DNA from: Podarcis vaucheri | Lineage: Eukaryota | Reading direction: 5' to 3' (one strand) | NCBI GenBank assembly: GCA_965113315.1 | Contig: OZ220372.1 | DNA: 64,000 bases | Shown here: positions 13,441 through 26,167 of the stretch, in pieces | Numbering within the stretch: the first letter of the stretch is position 1 | Layout of the letters: each line of letters begins with the position of its first letter | Notes under the pieces: model-generated | What the model was told of the DNA's origin: nothing | What the model saw: the letters and a program-made list of their open reading frames with translations, nothing else | The model's database searches: none | Position numbers and translations under genes: made by a program

Positions 13441-14499
13441 TGAAACCCCCTGAAATGTGTAACTACTGTATGGTTTGGGCCTCTTTTTAGAAATGTGGCA
13501 TCCAGTGTGCAGGCGCCAAGAAAGTCGAATGTAACTCAGATCTCTATTAACATGGATATTCTATACATGTTTGCATTCAGGCTACTCCGTTCACAGATTC
13601 ATGTGGGAATTATTTAATTTTTCCAAAGCTCTTTTGTTTTGGTTTTCTTTTTGCTGAGGAGCAACTTAATAACACTTTCAGCTTAATTATGCTAAAACAA
13701 ACCTATGACAGTATGAAGCTGAGACACTGCATCAAACCATTTGGCTATGTAGCCCAGTCCTCCTTCAAACTCTCCGACTGATGTCTTTCCTGGTCTGTTT
13801 CCTGACAGCCTTTTTAATGTGAGAAGCCATGGACTTGGTCTGGAAACTGTGAAAACAACAAAGGATATGGTCTTTATTGCCCACATTTCAGAGCTGGGCT
13901 TTGGAGAGACAATAGGGCTGAATTTAATTAAGTTGTTAAGCTAGTGGAAGCAATGAATCCTGCTAGTGCAACAAGACTTTTCCCACCGATGCACCACCTC
14001 CCACCTCACCAGATATGCTTGGGGAGGTCAGGATTACTACCAGAACCCTGAGGGCATTGAGAGATGGGGTTGTTCCAGCTGGCAAGCAGAAATGCTTCCA
14101 TTGATGGAACAATCTGCTTTAGCACTGTTGAATTGCACCTGTAGTTTTGGATTCTAAGACGAGTGAGTAGAAGGGAATTTACAGAATGAAATTTCAATAC
14201 CTTCCTCCCTCTTGCTGCTGCCTGGACCTACAGAAAAGCATCCGTAGGGGGTTGAGCTCTCCTGAGCAATGTGGGATGGGATACAAGCAGGCGAAACGTA
14301 CCCAGTTTGGTGGGTTGAGGAGGGTGGTCCTGACCAATGTAGGATGGAGTATGAGGGGCTGCAGGAGTCCAGCATTGACGCCTGGATCTTGTCGCATTGT
14401 TCAAGACACCTTGATGCTCTGGAGAGGCTTTTCAAGGGGCATAAGTAGCTGTCCTTCTATGAACCTTCTTCCATTCACCTTTCTCAATATGAACTTCAT

Positions 14500-14772
14500 T
14501 AGCAGTAGATTCAGAACAGACAAAGGACTGCTTCACACAGCAGATATTTAACTAATGGAATTCACTAAGCAAGTTCATAAAGGATGGTCTATCAGTGGCT
14601 CTTTGCCATGATAGCACAATGAAACCTACCAGTTTTTGCAAGATCAATAGCAAGGAAGGGCTGTTGCCATCAGGTCCTACTTGTTGGCTTTTTCTAGCAG
14701 TGCTAGAAATGGGATTGTAGACCAGGAAGCCCATTCGTGGATCCAATAGGGCTCTAGTTACATTCGTTCTTT
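14500..14772 (+). mobile_element. Old CR1 3' end
   Basis: AGATTCAGAACAGACAAA...TTCACACAG...TGGAATTCACT and a degenerate tail. Confidence 0.5.
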
Positions 14773-15737
14773 ACATTTATTGACAAAGGATACACACTTG
14801 TTAAATGCTGCAGAAATCTGATTTTTTTTACTGGATTCTGTACAGAATCATTCTGTAGAGTACATTATGCTTATATCCAAGTAGTCCTACAGTTTTCTTA
14901 AGGGCAGATGTTGATGTGCCTTCATTGCACCATAAGGCATCCATCTAGATGAGGAACACAGCTTTTCTAAAATATATCTTTGAGAACAGATGGGCCAAGC
15001 TGCCCTTATGACTGACTCTTGGTTTTTAATGTACTGTAGATTTCTGGAGCAGATTGACCTCTCCTGGACATCAGTTCACTTGCAAACAAAGGATAGAGCC
15101 AAACATTTAGCTCAGACCACATACAATGATACTGAACTAGTTTGATCAGGCTGCAGTTCAAAATACTTTTTTTTTTTAACCATGGCACTGCCGTTTAAGG
15201 CCTTGTAACCTAGAGTATTGTATTTCTTCTTTGTCTTATATTTGAGAAACTTGCATATGTTTCCAGGCACTGTCTTGTTTATAACACCTTTTATCCTTGA
15301 AAGCTATGGATAAATTTAAAACTACTCAGACTTGCAAGCCTCTCAGCATGAGAAGGGGTTGTTTTTAAACTTAGTTCTTGAATAAAGAATCTCAAGATAA
15401 TTTGCATCTTTTATATGTTGGGCTTTATATGTAGTTTTCCTACTCTTTCATTTTGAATACATGGAATCAATGTTTGACAGGGCCAGCCCAGGACATTTTG
15501 CTGTTTGAGGTGAAACTGCACATGATGCCCCTCTTGCCACAATATTGATGCCTACTATTCAAGGCCATTCAACTTATTTTAACACATGAGGCAAAAAAAA
15601 TCTACAACCACCGGTCCCCTTTCACTGGCAGTAAAAATGCAGTAATAATAAATGACAAATATTTGGTGCCTTTTCATGACATCCAAAATCAGCTGCCTGA
15701 GGTGGTAGCCTCACTCTGCTAAATGGATGGGCTAAAC

Positions 15738-16000
15738 CTGGCAGGCAAATCTTGTCCCCATCTTCACAAATGTGAAGAAGGAAGACCCAAGTAGCTACCA
15801 ACCATCGATACCAGGGAACGTCCTGGAACAGATAATTCAACAGTCGGTCTGTGAGCATTTAGAAAAGGGATGCTATGATTACTAAGACCCAACATGGGTT
15901 TCTCAAAAATAAGTCATACCAGACCAATCTGATTACTTTTTTTGATGGAATTACGGACTTGGTGGATCAGGGAAATACTGTGGACATAGTGTATCTTGAT
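15738..16000 (+). mobile_element. CR1 LINE ORF2 (reverse transcriptase) fragment
   Basis: Degenerate translation NLVPIF..KKEDP..IPGNVLEQII..QHGFLKNKSYQTNLITFFD..VDIVYLD. Confidence 0.85.
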
Positions 16001-16039
16001 GATGTTTGAATTGTATAACAAATTCTACTAACCAAACTA

Positions 16040-16248
16040 CAGTGGTACCTCGGGTTACAGACGCTTCAGGTTACAGACTCTGCTAACCCAGAAATAGTAC
16101 CTCGGGTTTAGAACTTTGCTTCAGGATGAGAACAGAAATCGCACAGTGGCGGCGTGGCAGCAGCAGGAGGCCCCATTAGTTAAAGTGGTATTTCAGGTTA
16201 AGAATGGACCTCCAGAACGAATTAAGTTCTTAACCCAAGGTACCACTG
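16040..16248. mobile_element. Tc1/mariner (Tigger-like) MITE
   Basis: TIR CAGTGGTACCTCGGGTTA / TAACCCAAGGTACCACTG, TA TSD. Confidence 0.9.
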
Positions 16249-16338
16249 TATGTATTTCAGTTTCTTTAATCTCTGCTAACCTTCTGTGAACTATGTTTTA
16301 AGATACTGCATTTACTAAGTGATGGAAATAACCCACTA

Positions 16339-16482
16339 GACGCAGGTCTCGCTATCTGAACACAATGCGTTCTCAGGAAATCGTTTGTTAAGACAAGTGT
16401 TTGCATAACGAGTCAACTTTTCCATTAATTCCAATGAGGAACTTTCTGATGTGTTCCTGACCAAAGGATTTTGACTCCAAAA

Positions 16483-16522
<40 letters not shown>

Positions 16523-16783
16523 GAAAACCATATGAAACCTTACAAAAGGCAAATGAGGGGAAATGCTTTCTTGTTCAATCTCTCCTCCATTCTCCCCCTC
16601 CCATCATGTTTTCTGGCCAAACAGAAAAGGCTGTATATTAAGGCTGCATGTTTGGTTACAGTACTACATGCAGGTTTGGCTGTTCATATTAGCGGTGTGT
16701 ATAGAGGGGTTTGGATACTAATTCCTCATGTTTGGATAAGTGAGTTTTTGTATAACAAATGTTTGGATAGTGGGACCTGCGTG
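16339..16783. mobile_element. Old TA-flanked MITE containing a (CT)n(CA)n microsatellite
   Basis: Imperfect 24-bp TIRs GACGCAGGTCTCGCTATCTGAACA / TGTTTGGATAGTGGGACCTGCGTG, TA on both sides. Confidence 0.7.
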
Positions 16784-19519
16784 TATCTCCTCTTCTGCCC
16801 CATATATGATTTAACCACTACTGTTCTGATTCATAGGGTGATTTATTGTGATGCCCAAAATTCAATGTCTTGTTAAATGGGAAGGATAAAAATTTCAGGT
16901 AATATATTTCACATTAGTTGCACTCCGGACTAGAGTGCTTATAATTAAAAATATATGTACCTTGTATGGTATCATGGGGAAGTAATCACCTTTTCTGTCA
17001 CCAGCAGTTACATTGTTTGAGTTGAGCAGTTTGTGAAAATACCTCAAAAGATTGGTTCCTTTATGCCTAACATTTATCTTTGCCATATTTGAAGCTTTAA
17101 AAATACATATTTTGAATGATAGGATAAATGAAAAATTATTTTGGGGTGGGGGGGAGAGAATGTTTAGTCCTTTGAGTGAGAGTAATCTTATTTATTATCA
17201 GTTTCATTACTGTTAAGCTATCATATATTTATTGTTGTTTTTTGAATTGGCTGCTTTCCCATATCAGATTCAAGCTGCAGTGTATGTAATGTGTTAAGAT
17301 AAATATATACGCTCCCAGTTATCACAAAATCCTTGCTATTTGAATTATGTATATTTTGCTTATGTGCACTTTGAATTGTACTAATGGTAACCTTTAAATA
17401 ATAGTTTCATTTCTGTGCTGTATGTATTTGAATAATGAACCATACAAAATGGGCTTGTGAAGGAAGCAGCGTATTCCGAGGACAGTTTGCATTTATGATT
17501 CAGTACCCTAAATTCCCAAAGAGTGAGTTAGGAACTGTAATGTATTTTGATTTAATGCCTTTACAGTTGTTGTTGTTTTTTAACCCACAACTTGAATTGT
17601 ATAGGTAATCTAATTACCCATACATTTTTGTATATATGTGAAGACTGGTGAGATGCTGCAGCTGCTGCTGCTCGGACCGTGTTCGCCTTCCTTTTCCCGG
17701 CCAGATTCTCAGCTGAGGTGATAAGAAGAGATTTGGGGCCACCTTTTTCTTGGTATCCAGTGCAGATCCAAATCCAACTTTCAGTGCATACACCTTGTGT
17801 TGGAGAACAGTAATAGACAATGCATTTGAAAGCATATTTAAAGTACATAACTTCTTCCCCAAAGAATCCTGAGAACTGTTGTTTAGAGCTACAATTTTCA
17901 TTACCCTTAAACTACAGTTCCCATCGGAGAAGCCATGTGCTTTAAAAATATGCTGTGGGTGATGTAGTCTAAGAACAATTTGGGTTACTGCAGCATTGAT
18001 TTTATCCTTTGTAGATGCAACTGGCCTGCTCACGGTTTCAGGGCTCCAGCTCAAGCCGTGAAAGAGCAGGAAACCCAATTTTACAAGTATGACTCTCTTT
18101 AGCCGTGTGTTTTCCTTTTGGTTTATTGGCTCTCTGCCACTAGTTTTCAGTAGAGATCCCAGATGTAGAGATTCCTGAGCATCATGAGAGAATTGGCGTT
18201 AAAGGGATGTAATGGATAATTGATTCTCCTTTTTCAAATGGGATAGCTAAAAAAAAAATCTTGGCGTGAAGAGTGCATTAAGGCCAGATTGGGAGAATAA
18301 CCAACATTCAACTTTGCACGCAAATTAGCATGGTGATGGACCCTGATGTAAAATTGACTCCTCACAAAAATCTGATGGCTGTTTTTCTGGTTCTTTTTCA
18401 GAGGCTCTGCTCAGTAGTAAATGAAAGCTGAGTGGCTTCTTCCTTTTTGTCTTGATCCTGTCCATCTTACTTAAGCAGTTTTGGGCAGAGTTAGCAAAAT
18501 TCTTGTCCTCCGAAAAGCACCTGGCAAATGGAGGGCACTGAATAAACATTACACCATCTCAGCAACACCAACAAGCAGATGGCTCATTTCAACCCAGTTG
18601 GATTTTAGCAAATGGGAAAAACACCTAGCTTGGTGTGCTGTTTAAAACAACAGTATGGATTGCAAATATTAAAGTGTTTTGCATTATGTTTGTAGCTTCA
18701 TCTGGACAACTAATTTGCTGCAGTTTGAGACAGGAAGGGGTTGGCATCATTTCTAGCTTTCTATTATCTTTCTGTATTTTTCCTTTGAGAGCATTGCTTT
18801 TGTGATTGGTGATTGAGAGAGCTATGTATTAACTTACCTGGAAGCTTGTTTTATTTGACTTTCCAGAAACATTTGTTAAGTATAGCTATGCTTCCCTCCT
18901 ATTATTGATTTATCATAGAAGTGCTTGATATTGGGCCAGTTTTCCAAAAATAAGAAATCGGTTTCTTCTGGGGCTTGAAAAATGTCGACTTTCTGACTCC
19001 CTTTTCCAGTTCCCCCTTCTTCATAAGCACTTACTTGATCCATCCTATTTAAATAGGCTTCTGTGGAAAGCAGATTGGCAAAACTTCAAGCAGCTCCAAA
19101 GCCATTGGCTGCAGCCTCACCTTGATATGGTCAGGCTAGTTGCTGCAAAGCAGGTGCATAGCTCCAGGAGCTATTATGTGTTGCTGTGTATGGAGCCATT
19201 GAAGTTCCCAGATGGAGTGACTAAGCTTGTCATTTGACTGTTATTCACTTTTGAATAACATGAATGTACTGAGAGTTAAATTTCAGTAATCTATTGTCAG
19301 TAAGGGGGGAAAAAGCAACAAAATAAAATTCATGCCACATAGGCTATTCATTTTTCAGTCTGAATTATCTCTATGCTCCTTGCATTTAGTTCAGTTTCTC
19401 CTTAATTTATGTAAGACCATTCTTGAAGAGGTCTTTGAACTTATGCTGATCTTTAGGTGTGTGTTGTGTTTTTTTAACAGGAGGAGCCAACTGAAACTTG
19501 GCTTTTATAATTTTTGCAT

Positions 19520-19857
19520 CTGTGGGTTAAACCACAGAGCCTAGGACTTGCCGATCAGAAGGTCGGCGGTTCGAATCCCCGTGACGGGGTGAGCTCCTAT
19601 TGCTCGGTCCCTGCTCCTGCCAACCTAGCAGTTCGAAAGCACATCAAAGTGCAAGTAGATAAATAGTTACCGCTCCGGCGGGAAGGTAAACGGCGTTTCC
19701 GTGTGCTGCTCTGGTTCACCAGAAGCGGCTTAGTCATTCTGGCCACATGACCTGGAAGCTGTACGCCGGCTCCCTTGGCCAATAAAGTGAGATGAGCGCC
19801 GCAACCCCAGAGTCGGCCACGACTGGACCTAATGGTCAGGGGTCTCTTTACTTTTAC
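19520..19857 (+). mobile_element. Sauria SINE (Squam1-type), slightly 5'-truncated
   Basis: TGTGGGTTAAACCACAGAGCC..., B box GGTTCGAATCC, (ACCTTT)-type tail; homologous to copies at 35302 and 60771. Confidence 0.9.
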
Positions 19858-20399
19858 TAGGCATAGTATGGTCATGGTTATGTTCCTTCATAGAAAATGT
19901 TGAGAAAAATAAGCCCAGGGTGCTTTTTAAAAGGTCTTGCTCTCAGCCTTACACTTGTTCACTCCTTTTAATGATGGTTTGTTTGAATGATCTGGTGGAC
20001 TTGCTGGAATTCTATATATTTTGCATTTATTTAAGGGGGGGACTCATATGACTATAGTTTACCATGTACTAAATGGCAAAAGCTGGTCAGATACAGGTAA
20101 TTGTTTTTCTATACCAACTTCTGCTTGCCCAGTGTTTCTGAAACAGTGGACATTGAACCACTTTCTGGTGTGCCTCAGCGCCACAGCCTTCCCCACCTTA
20201 TAGTCATGCTATAGCCTTTTAGTCTGACTAGTACCAGCTCCAGAAACTCCTTGTCTGCTGATTATAGGTGGCCAGGATACAAAGGAGGATGTGGGAAGGG
20301 AGGTCTTAGGAGGTGTTGGAGGGCAATAGAAACTGAGATAAGTGTTGTCTATGCTCTGGTAACCTTTGGTTATATTCCTGCAATACATTATACGTAGGG

Positions 20400-20987
20400 A
20401 CAATTTGAGAACTTCCGCTTGTGCAAAATTCAGTGGCCAGGCTGCTCACCACGGCAACATGGCTTGAGCATATAGTGTCAGTCCTGGCTGAACTGCACTG
20501 GCTGCCAGTTAGTTTCCAGGCCCAATTCAAAGTGCTGGCTTTGAGCTATAATTCCTTAAATGGATCTGCACCACAATACTCCAACGACTACCTCTCTCCA
20601 TATGAATCTACCTGGACTCTGCAGTGTTCTTCTGAGGCCCTTCTTCATGTGCTTCTTCCATGAGAGGTCTGGAGAGTGGCAGCAGGAAATGGGCCTTGTC
20701 TGCAGTGGCTTCCCATTTGTGGAATGCTCTTTCCAGGGAGGTTTGGCTGGAGCCTTCTTTATACACTTTTAGTTGCCGGCAAAAGCATTGCTCTTCAAAC
20801 AGGCCTTTGGCTGACTAACATCCTATATCCCTTTAAATATGTTGGGTGGGGTATTGGCTTGATTGGTTTTTGTCCTTGTTCTTATTATGTACTTTGTGTT
20901 TTTTCTTCTTGTATTTTTATGCTGTGAACCACCCTGAGATCTACAGATGAAGGGTGGTGTACAAATTTTGATGATGATGATGATGAT
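20400..20987 (+). mobile_element. L2 LINE 3' fragment with (GAT)n tail
   Basis: VQNSVARLLT..LAELHWLPVSFQAQFKVL..Y motif, then TGTGAACCACCCTGAG...AGGGTGGT terminus. Confidence 0.85.
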
Positions 20988-21881
20988 ACTGGTGTTTTGA
21001 AGAGGCTATATTGATATAAGCACCAGTCTTACAGATATAAATCACATGGTATAATCATCCTGGAACCTCAAAATGCAGGGTGGGTGGGTCCCTGTTTCTC
21101 ATTAAAATGAAAAACAAATGGTGGAAAGTATCACAGACGTTGAGGGAAAGCCTGGTGTTTTATTTGGCATGCTAATGTTTAACTTGCTAAAGTTAACACT
21201 GATGGAGAGATTTCAAACATCTCACCTTCATTTTAAAATGGTATCTGAAAGACGGAGTTATGTTACCCCCCCCCCCTTTAAAAGTGAAGGTCTGCCATTA
21301 TGGTAAATACTTAAAACAACCCCATTACATATCAGCATCATATGTGCACATGTTGTGGCATATACCGAATGAACAGGTTGATCAAATCTTGAGAGTTGCT
21401 CATTCAAAACTTTACTTAACGTTTGTTACAGGCAATGAAAGGAAAAGCCAAATATACATGGTGTTTTTAAAGATAATCCTTTAAATTACTCTGACTGAAA
21501 AAAAGATAAGTTGCCAAATTCATACAAGTATGTTAAATTGCTCCATCACTTTATCTCTATAGAGAAAGATTGCCATCTGGAAAGCTTCCTAAAAGCTGTA
21601 TCTAATTTTGTGTTGAACCTGAAACGTAAAAATAGAGCAGCTATAGAATATTGGGGAAAGTCTGTAAATAGCTCAAGAGTACTCCAGTCTTTATTTCATT
21701 TTACTATTTAGAGACAGTGAGTACCATCTATCTCCCTCTGCAGTCAATAGCAAAACTGCGGATCACTATGGTTTCACCTATTGCTGCTGGAAGTGTGCTC
21801 CGTGAAATCAGATCTTGCATTGTTCAATAAACAATAATCAGGCAGGAATTTAAATCTTCCTTGTTTTGAATTTTCCCACAG

Positions 21882-22027
21882 AGCACACCTGTCACACCAG
21901 TACCAATGCAAGTCCAGGGCCCATCTGTCAGTTTGCCACCTTCTGTGTTCACTGTACCAAGTTCGCACACAGAACAAGTGAAAAAACCTGGACAGAATTT
22001 CATGTGTCTCTGGCAATCCTGTAAAAA
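21882..22027 (+). CDS. ARID2: ARID2 exon 16 (STPVTP...KKPGQNFMCLWQSCK), start of zinc finger 1
   Basis: cccacag| ... AA|gtaagt; phase 0 to 2. Confidence 0.94.
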
Positions 22028-22539
22028 GTAAGTGTTTTTCTTTGAGTTGACTCATATATTACAAAGGTTTAGTTTTATGCAACATGATATTTGTGGTTGT
22101 TGACCCCCATCCTTTTTAAAGTTTCCCATCAGTCAGCTCACCTGTCAGCTAACCGAGGAAAAATGGGGTTTTTTATAGAGAAATAGAGAAAAGCATCCCT
22201 CTCTGTTCTTTTCCCACCACTGGAAACTAAGGTCTCCTTTTGCTAGGGAGTTCCTTGAGAAAGCACTTAACTGAAGATGGAAGACAAAGCTGAAGGTGAT
22301 CTTTGGGAGAGTGAGAGAGCCAATACCCCTAGTGACTGGTTTTAGGGAACTTCATTTGAAATACATTATTCCCTTACCCTCAGTGTCAATGGTTGAACAG
22401 AATCTTCAGCACCATTCAAGCACCTGTTTGCACAAGTGGTCAGTCTTATAAATGTTTAACTCTTTCTTAGGGAAGGGGAGGTCTTTATCACCTATTTTTT
22501 TAAAGGTACAAATCCATTCCTTTCTGCTGCATATAAGTT

Positions 22540-22782
22540 CAGCGGTACCTCGGTTTTCGAACGTCTCCGTTGACAAACATTTCGGTTTTCTAACTCCATA
22601 AACCCGGGAGTAAATGCTTCAGTTTTCGAACACGCCTCAGAAGTCGAACATGCCATGCAGCTTCCACTGAGTGCAAGATCCTGAGGTCTAGCTGTAGGCT
22701 ATAGAGTTTTCAGTTTTCGAACGTTTCAGAACTCGGAACGGTCTTCCAGAACAGATTACGTTTGAAAACTGAGGTGCCACTG
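22540..22782. mobile_element. Related Tigger-like MITE (TTTTCGAAC subfamily)
   Basis: CAGCGGTACCTCGGTTTTCGA ... TTGAAAACTGAGGTGCCACTG|TA. Confidence 0.8.
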
Positions 22783-22964
22783 TATTGCACAGTCTTTTGC
22801 AGCAAGCAACTCTTAGTGATAGTAAGTCAAACTTCTGAATAATTAACATTTGCCATTTCTTGCATTTTTATTTTTCAGTATTCCTGTTGATTGCTCAGGC
22901 GACAAAATTGTTAGCAAAATTGTATTCCTTCTTCGCCTGAGTTTAAATGTATTACATTTTCCAG

Positions 22965-23103
22965 GTGGTTTCAAACGCCATCCCAGGTTTTCTACCACGC
23001 TGCAACTGAACATGGAGGAAAAGACGTCTACCCTGGACAGTGTTTATGGGAGGGCTGTGAACCTTTCCAGCGGCAAAGGTTTTCCTTCATTACCCACTTG
23101 CAG
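22965..23103 (+). CDS. ARID2: ARID2 exon 17, C2H2 zinc fingers ([16 protein letters not shown]...CLWEGC...FITHLQ)
   Basis: ttccag| ... CAG|gtagaa; matches recalled ARID2. Confidence 0.96.
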
Positions 23104-23724
23104 GTAGAAATTGGTCTCCTATCCCTTTTCTCCGTATTGATGTGAAATTTGAAAGGCATGATTTTTATATAAATATAAAAATTCTACGCTAGAAAGTAAG
23201 TGGTGCACGTTCCTTCTAATGCCAAGAATGGCAGGCTCAGAAACAGTGCAGGAAAAGCAGTCCAGTGTGATCTGAGCTTGCTCACTGGCCTTCAGGAACT
23301 ACAGTAAATTAAGATTGTGGATGTGGGGAAGGAGGAATGAAGGGGGAATTGTGAGGAGAGAATTTTCCAGCTTGAGCCTCTAATAGCTTATAGATGGGGT
23401 GGAGCATGTGCATCATGAGGTGAAATAACTTCCTTCTATGCACTATAGAGGGAGACAGCAGAAGGCCCAGCTATAGAACAACAGGGTGCTCTAATTCAGG
23501 GGCTTGCAGTCAGTGTCAAACCAAAAGTCTTATCACAACATACATATATCACATTTGATAGTAATAAAATGCAGAGCAAGGGAATTTCTGCTCCTCTCTC
23601 CTCCACCAGCAAATACCATTTTATTTTCCCAGGCTTTGAAAGCATTTTAACCTCCTGAAGTGGTTTTAATGCTGCTGTGTTTATATCCTTATCCATGAAT
23701 TGTTTTACTGATGTTTTGTTCTTC

Positions 23725-23790
23725 TTCCTAATTTAATGTTGTGAACCACCCACTGCAATGTTCCTAATTTAATGTTGTGAACCACCCACT
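23725..23790. repeat. 30-bp direct repeat with 6-bp spacer
   Basis: TTCCTAATTTAATGTTGTGAACCACCCACT at 23725-23754 and 23761-23790. Confidence 0.95.
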
Positions 23791-24267
23791 CACTTTTCTA
23801 GGAGTAAGCATCGTTGAACTCAATGAGACTTACTTCTGAGTTGTCATGCATAATGTTGTGCTTTCAGTTCCCTGTAAACATGATCAAAGCTTGTTCATAT
23901 TTATTACATTTTTTTTTACAATGGCTGAGACCAGCATGATGCACCAAATATTTCTACCTCATTCATCTGCGGGCTGTAGGTTTGACCTTTTCCAGGTGTT
24001 TTTCTATTAACTTCTGTGCAGTAGCTAGAAGAGTGCTTATCCAAATGGTGTTTTCCTTCTCCATTGCATTTCATTCTTCAGTCAATAACGAGGCAATGAA
24101 TTATAACAACACAGTGTACAAAATGTCTCAAATTCACATTGTTCAATATGATGTTGCTGATTTTTCCATATTGACTGGGCAGTGTGCAGAGTCTCCGCCC
24201 ATTAATGTGAATGTGCATAATTGCAGTGTTTGTGAATGTTCACCAGTCAATTTATGAGATGTTTATG

Positions 24268-24302
<35 letters not shown>

Positions 24303-24359
24303 CACTCTCTCTACTAGGTCTATGTTATGTATTTAACATTATTTTTTTCTCTCAAACAG

Positions 24360-24445
24360 GATAAGCACTGCTCAAGAGATGCCCTTCTTGCAGGATTAAA
24401 ACAAGATGACCACGGACAAGCAGGAAGTTCAAAACCTTCCACAAA
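24360..24445 (+). CDS. ARID2: ARID2 exon 18 ([28 protein letters not shown])
   Basis: aaacag| ... AA|gtaaga. Confidence 0.95.
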
Positions 24446-24475
24446 GTAAGAGACATGAGCTTCATTATTAATCTA

Positions 24476-24564
24476 GCAGCAGAATCCTATGCATGTTTTC
24501 TCAGAATTCCAGCTGTGTTCAGTGAAGCTGTGTCCCAGTTTATCATGCATAGGATTGCTGGCTA
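24476..24564. mobile_element. About 90-bp palindromic lizard repeat (other copies near 23800, 26850, 28745, 34720)
   Basis: AATCCTATGCATG (24483-24495) / CATGCATAGGATT (24544-24556). Confidence 0.55.
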
Positions 24565-25868
24565 AGTTCTCCTGGATGAACACTTTCATTGTTGGGGATG
24601 CAGCAAGGTCACATTGCCAGTCACCAGTCTAATACCTCATCTTCTTCTGATCCTTTGGTGGCAGAGGTTGGGACAGCTTATGGGTGGCATGTAGCTCACC
24701 AAATCTGTATTTTTCACTTGGCACATACTGTGTACAGCTCACCAAACAGTACACTGATGATTGTGTTATTTGTATGGAATGTCTGCTCATGAGTCTATCC
24801 ATTTTGCATTTTTCTAACAGTCGAACGCTAAATATCTTTGTCGCAGAAGGGTCCCAACATCCTTACTATTCCTTTTAAAATCTCTCACAGTTACAGAAAC
24901 TAGGCATTATGCAAAGAGAGCAGTGACCCCCTTCCAATTTCAACTGCCAGTTGAATAAGTCATTATTCCTGTTCATCCCATTTTGAATGGGAACCAGAAT
25001 TGTCTCCTTTTGTAATGCTCTCATCTTCATGAAAAGTTCTGTTCCTTCCTCATACAGAGCTCTTGTTTCTCCCCTCAGCTCATGGGCCACACTCCTTGGC
25101 AGCATGACCAGTTATAGAAAGATTTGTGGGCTGCTTCCTAATCTCCCAATTCGTCCTCCGCTCTTCTCATTTTATTTATGTCACTTTTAGAGATAGTATA
25201 GAAGAGGAGACAGGGATGTTGGGACATGCCTAGACCTCCCGTTCTCTAGGTGGCACTGGTGCACTTATTTGCAAGGCATACTGAAGGGAAGGGAGAAAAC
25301 AAACAGGCCACTGAGCTCCGTGTGGAACCCACTGCACACTGCAGCTGTGTGGGGAAAAGATCCTAACATGATTCTAAGGATGGCTATCAAAGGATTAAAA
25401 AAATTCTTTTTCATATGATTTGAATAGATTGGATATGTTTGCACATTAGCAAAACAAATATTAAAAAGGAAAATCTGGATCTGTAACAACATTAGCAACT
25501 TGAGAATCAACAATTATAACTTTCTATGTCTCCGGGAAGTTTTTAAAAATGGTCAATGTTTTATTGTGTTTTAAAATATTTTGTTGGGACCCGCCCAGGA
25601 GTGGCTAGGGCAACCCTGTCAGATGGGCAGCATAGAAATAAGAAAATTATTACTAAATTATTATCATCATTACATATGATTGTTTTAGATAATAAGAGTT
25701 CATATTTGAGCAGTGATTTCAATTGAGGAGTGTAATATTTTTAACCACCAGCATCAAGCGCTAGCCTTTTGGGAGGAAATATATTGATTCTAATCTTTTT
25801 CTAGGGAGGAAATATTTATTGTGCTCCTTTATAATTCCTTTTGTTGTTGTTTTAAAAATCTCATTTAG

Positions 25869-25992
25869 GCCACCAAATGCAGCAGGGGCTTCTTCCACTC
25901 CCAGAGCACAGAAGGCCATTGTCAATCATCCTAGTGCTGCCCTCATGGCACTAAGAAGGGGATCAAGAAACCTTGTTTTCAGAGATTTCACA
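25869..25992 (+). CDS. ARID2: ARID2 exon 19 ([41 protein letters not shown])
   Basis: atttag| ... ACA|gtaagt. Confidence 0.96.
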
Positions 25993-25996
25993 GTAA

Positions 25997-26167
<171 letters not shown>

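Noticed and set aside
17614-18078. 154-aa minus-strand ORF in ARID2 intron 15
   Set aside because: Crosses a repeat-like remnant (about 17790-17970); no recognisable domain
24875-25105. 76-aa minus-strand ORF in ARID2 intron 18
   Set aside because: No recognisable homology or splice context; length is within chance expectation
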